Assembly: GCA_024276795.1 (NCBI GenBank)
Contig: JAJRWK010000032.1
Span: forward strand, 1 to 16,668
Reading direction: 5' to 3'
DNA length: 16,668 bases
DNA from: an archaeon
Lineage (GTDB): Archaea; Asgardarchaeota; Heimdallarchaeia; Heimdallarchaeales; JAJRWK01
Shown here one piece after another: positions 16,387 to 16,668 of the stretch. Position 1 is the stretch's first letter. Each line of letters starts with the position of its first letter. The translations under genes were made by a program, and so were the position numbers. Below the pieces are notes generated by a model. That model saw only the letters and a program-made list of their open reading frames with translations. It was not told where the DNA came from and searched no databases.

Positions 16387-16420
16387 GAAAAAAAAGAAAA
16401 GGAGCGACTCGCTGTCGCTC
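16387..16420 (-). terminator. Hairpin plus T-tract terminator for the minus-strand gene entering from the right edge
   Basis: GAGCGAC-TCGCT-GTCGCTC (16402-16420), 7-bp stem, followed on the minus strand by CCTTTTCTTTTTTTTCTC. Confidence 0.6.
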
Positions 16421-16450
16421 AAGCGCCTAAGTCTTTTCAGACTTCAGCGT

Positions 16451-16668
16451 TTACTTCTTGCGTCGAACGATGGGAACGACTGCAACTGCACCAAGAGCAG
16501 CAATCAATGCGAGGAATGGGCTGAAGGATACGAATCCTCCGTCTCCACCGCCTTGAGTGGCTCCGGCCTCGCGGATTCTCCACCATTGTTGAGCAGCAGA
16601 GCTGAGAAGAACGAAGTCAAATCCTTCCCAGATGTCTCTGTATGCCCAGTGGTCTTGTGAGTAGACCA
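16451..16668 (-). CDS. C-terminus of a secreted/membrane-anchored protein, 5' part beyond the window; absent from the ORF track
   Basis: Minus-strand translation: VYSQDHWAYRDIWEGFDFVLLSSAAQQWWRIREAGATQGGGDGGFVSFSPFLALIAALGAVAVVPIVRRKK*. Folded region, Gly-rich hinge, one TM segment, basic RRKK tail. Confidence 0.85.
   Translation of the reverse strand, partial: VYSQDHWAYRDIWEGFDFVLLSSAAQQWWRIREAGATQGGGDGGFVSFSPFLALIAALGAVAVVPIVRRKK

Noticed and set aside
1-16668. CRISPR array, cas genes, transposase, integrase, toxin-antitoxin or restriction system
   Set aside because: No regularly spaced repeats and no ORF with the relevant motifs. The tRNA genes have no integrase or attachment-site duplication visible nearby.

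Overview
Archaeal chromosomal segment. The archaeal assignment rests on two tRNA genes with bulge-helix-bulge introns, TATA elements about 26 nt before start codons, and the protein content. Several proteins have domains that look like longin/roadblock folds, which suggests an Asgard archaeon, possibly Thorarchaeota-like; this lineage call is inference. The best supported features are ornithine carbamoyltransferase (argF), tRNA-Glu(UUC) with an 18-nt intron, tRNA-Arg(UCU) with a 14-nt intron, a four-CBS-domain protein, a diverged F420/luciferase-like oxidoreductase, a CaCA-type cation exchanger, a ParA/MinD-like ATPase with an altered Walker A motif, a HEAT-repeat/coiled-coil protein, and a winged-helix regulator. 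ORF1 is a large surface protein that runs off the left edge, because its frame is open from base 2. A second surface-protein C-terminus, missing from the ORF track, enters from the right edge. The leads most worth following are: (i) a two-gene unit (5456-8434, minus) of longin-like proteins, one of which has a C-terminal region whose layout recalls DENN-type modules; (ii) an 8-TM protein with a cytosolic longin-like domain, grouped with two winged-helix proteins (9817-12784, minus); (iii) ORF1 as a possible one-protein link from surface domain through TM and longin-like domain to winged helix. All fold-level assignments are by eye and need profile or structure searches.
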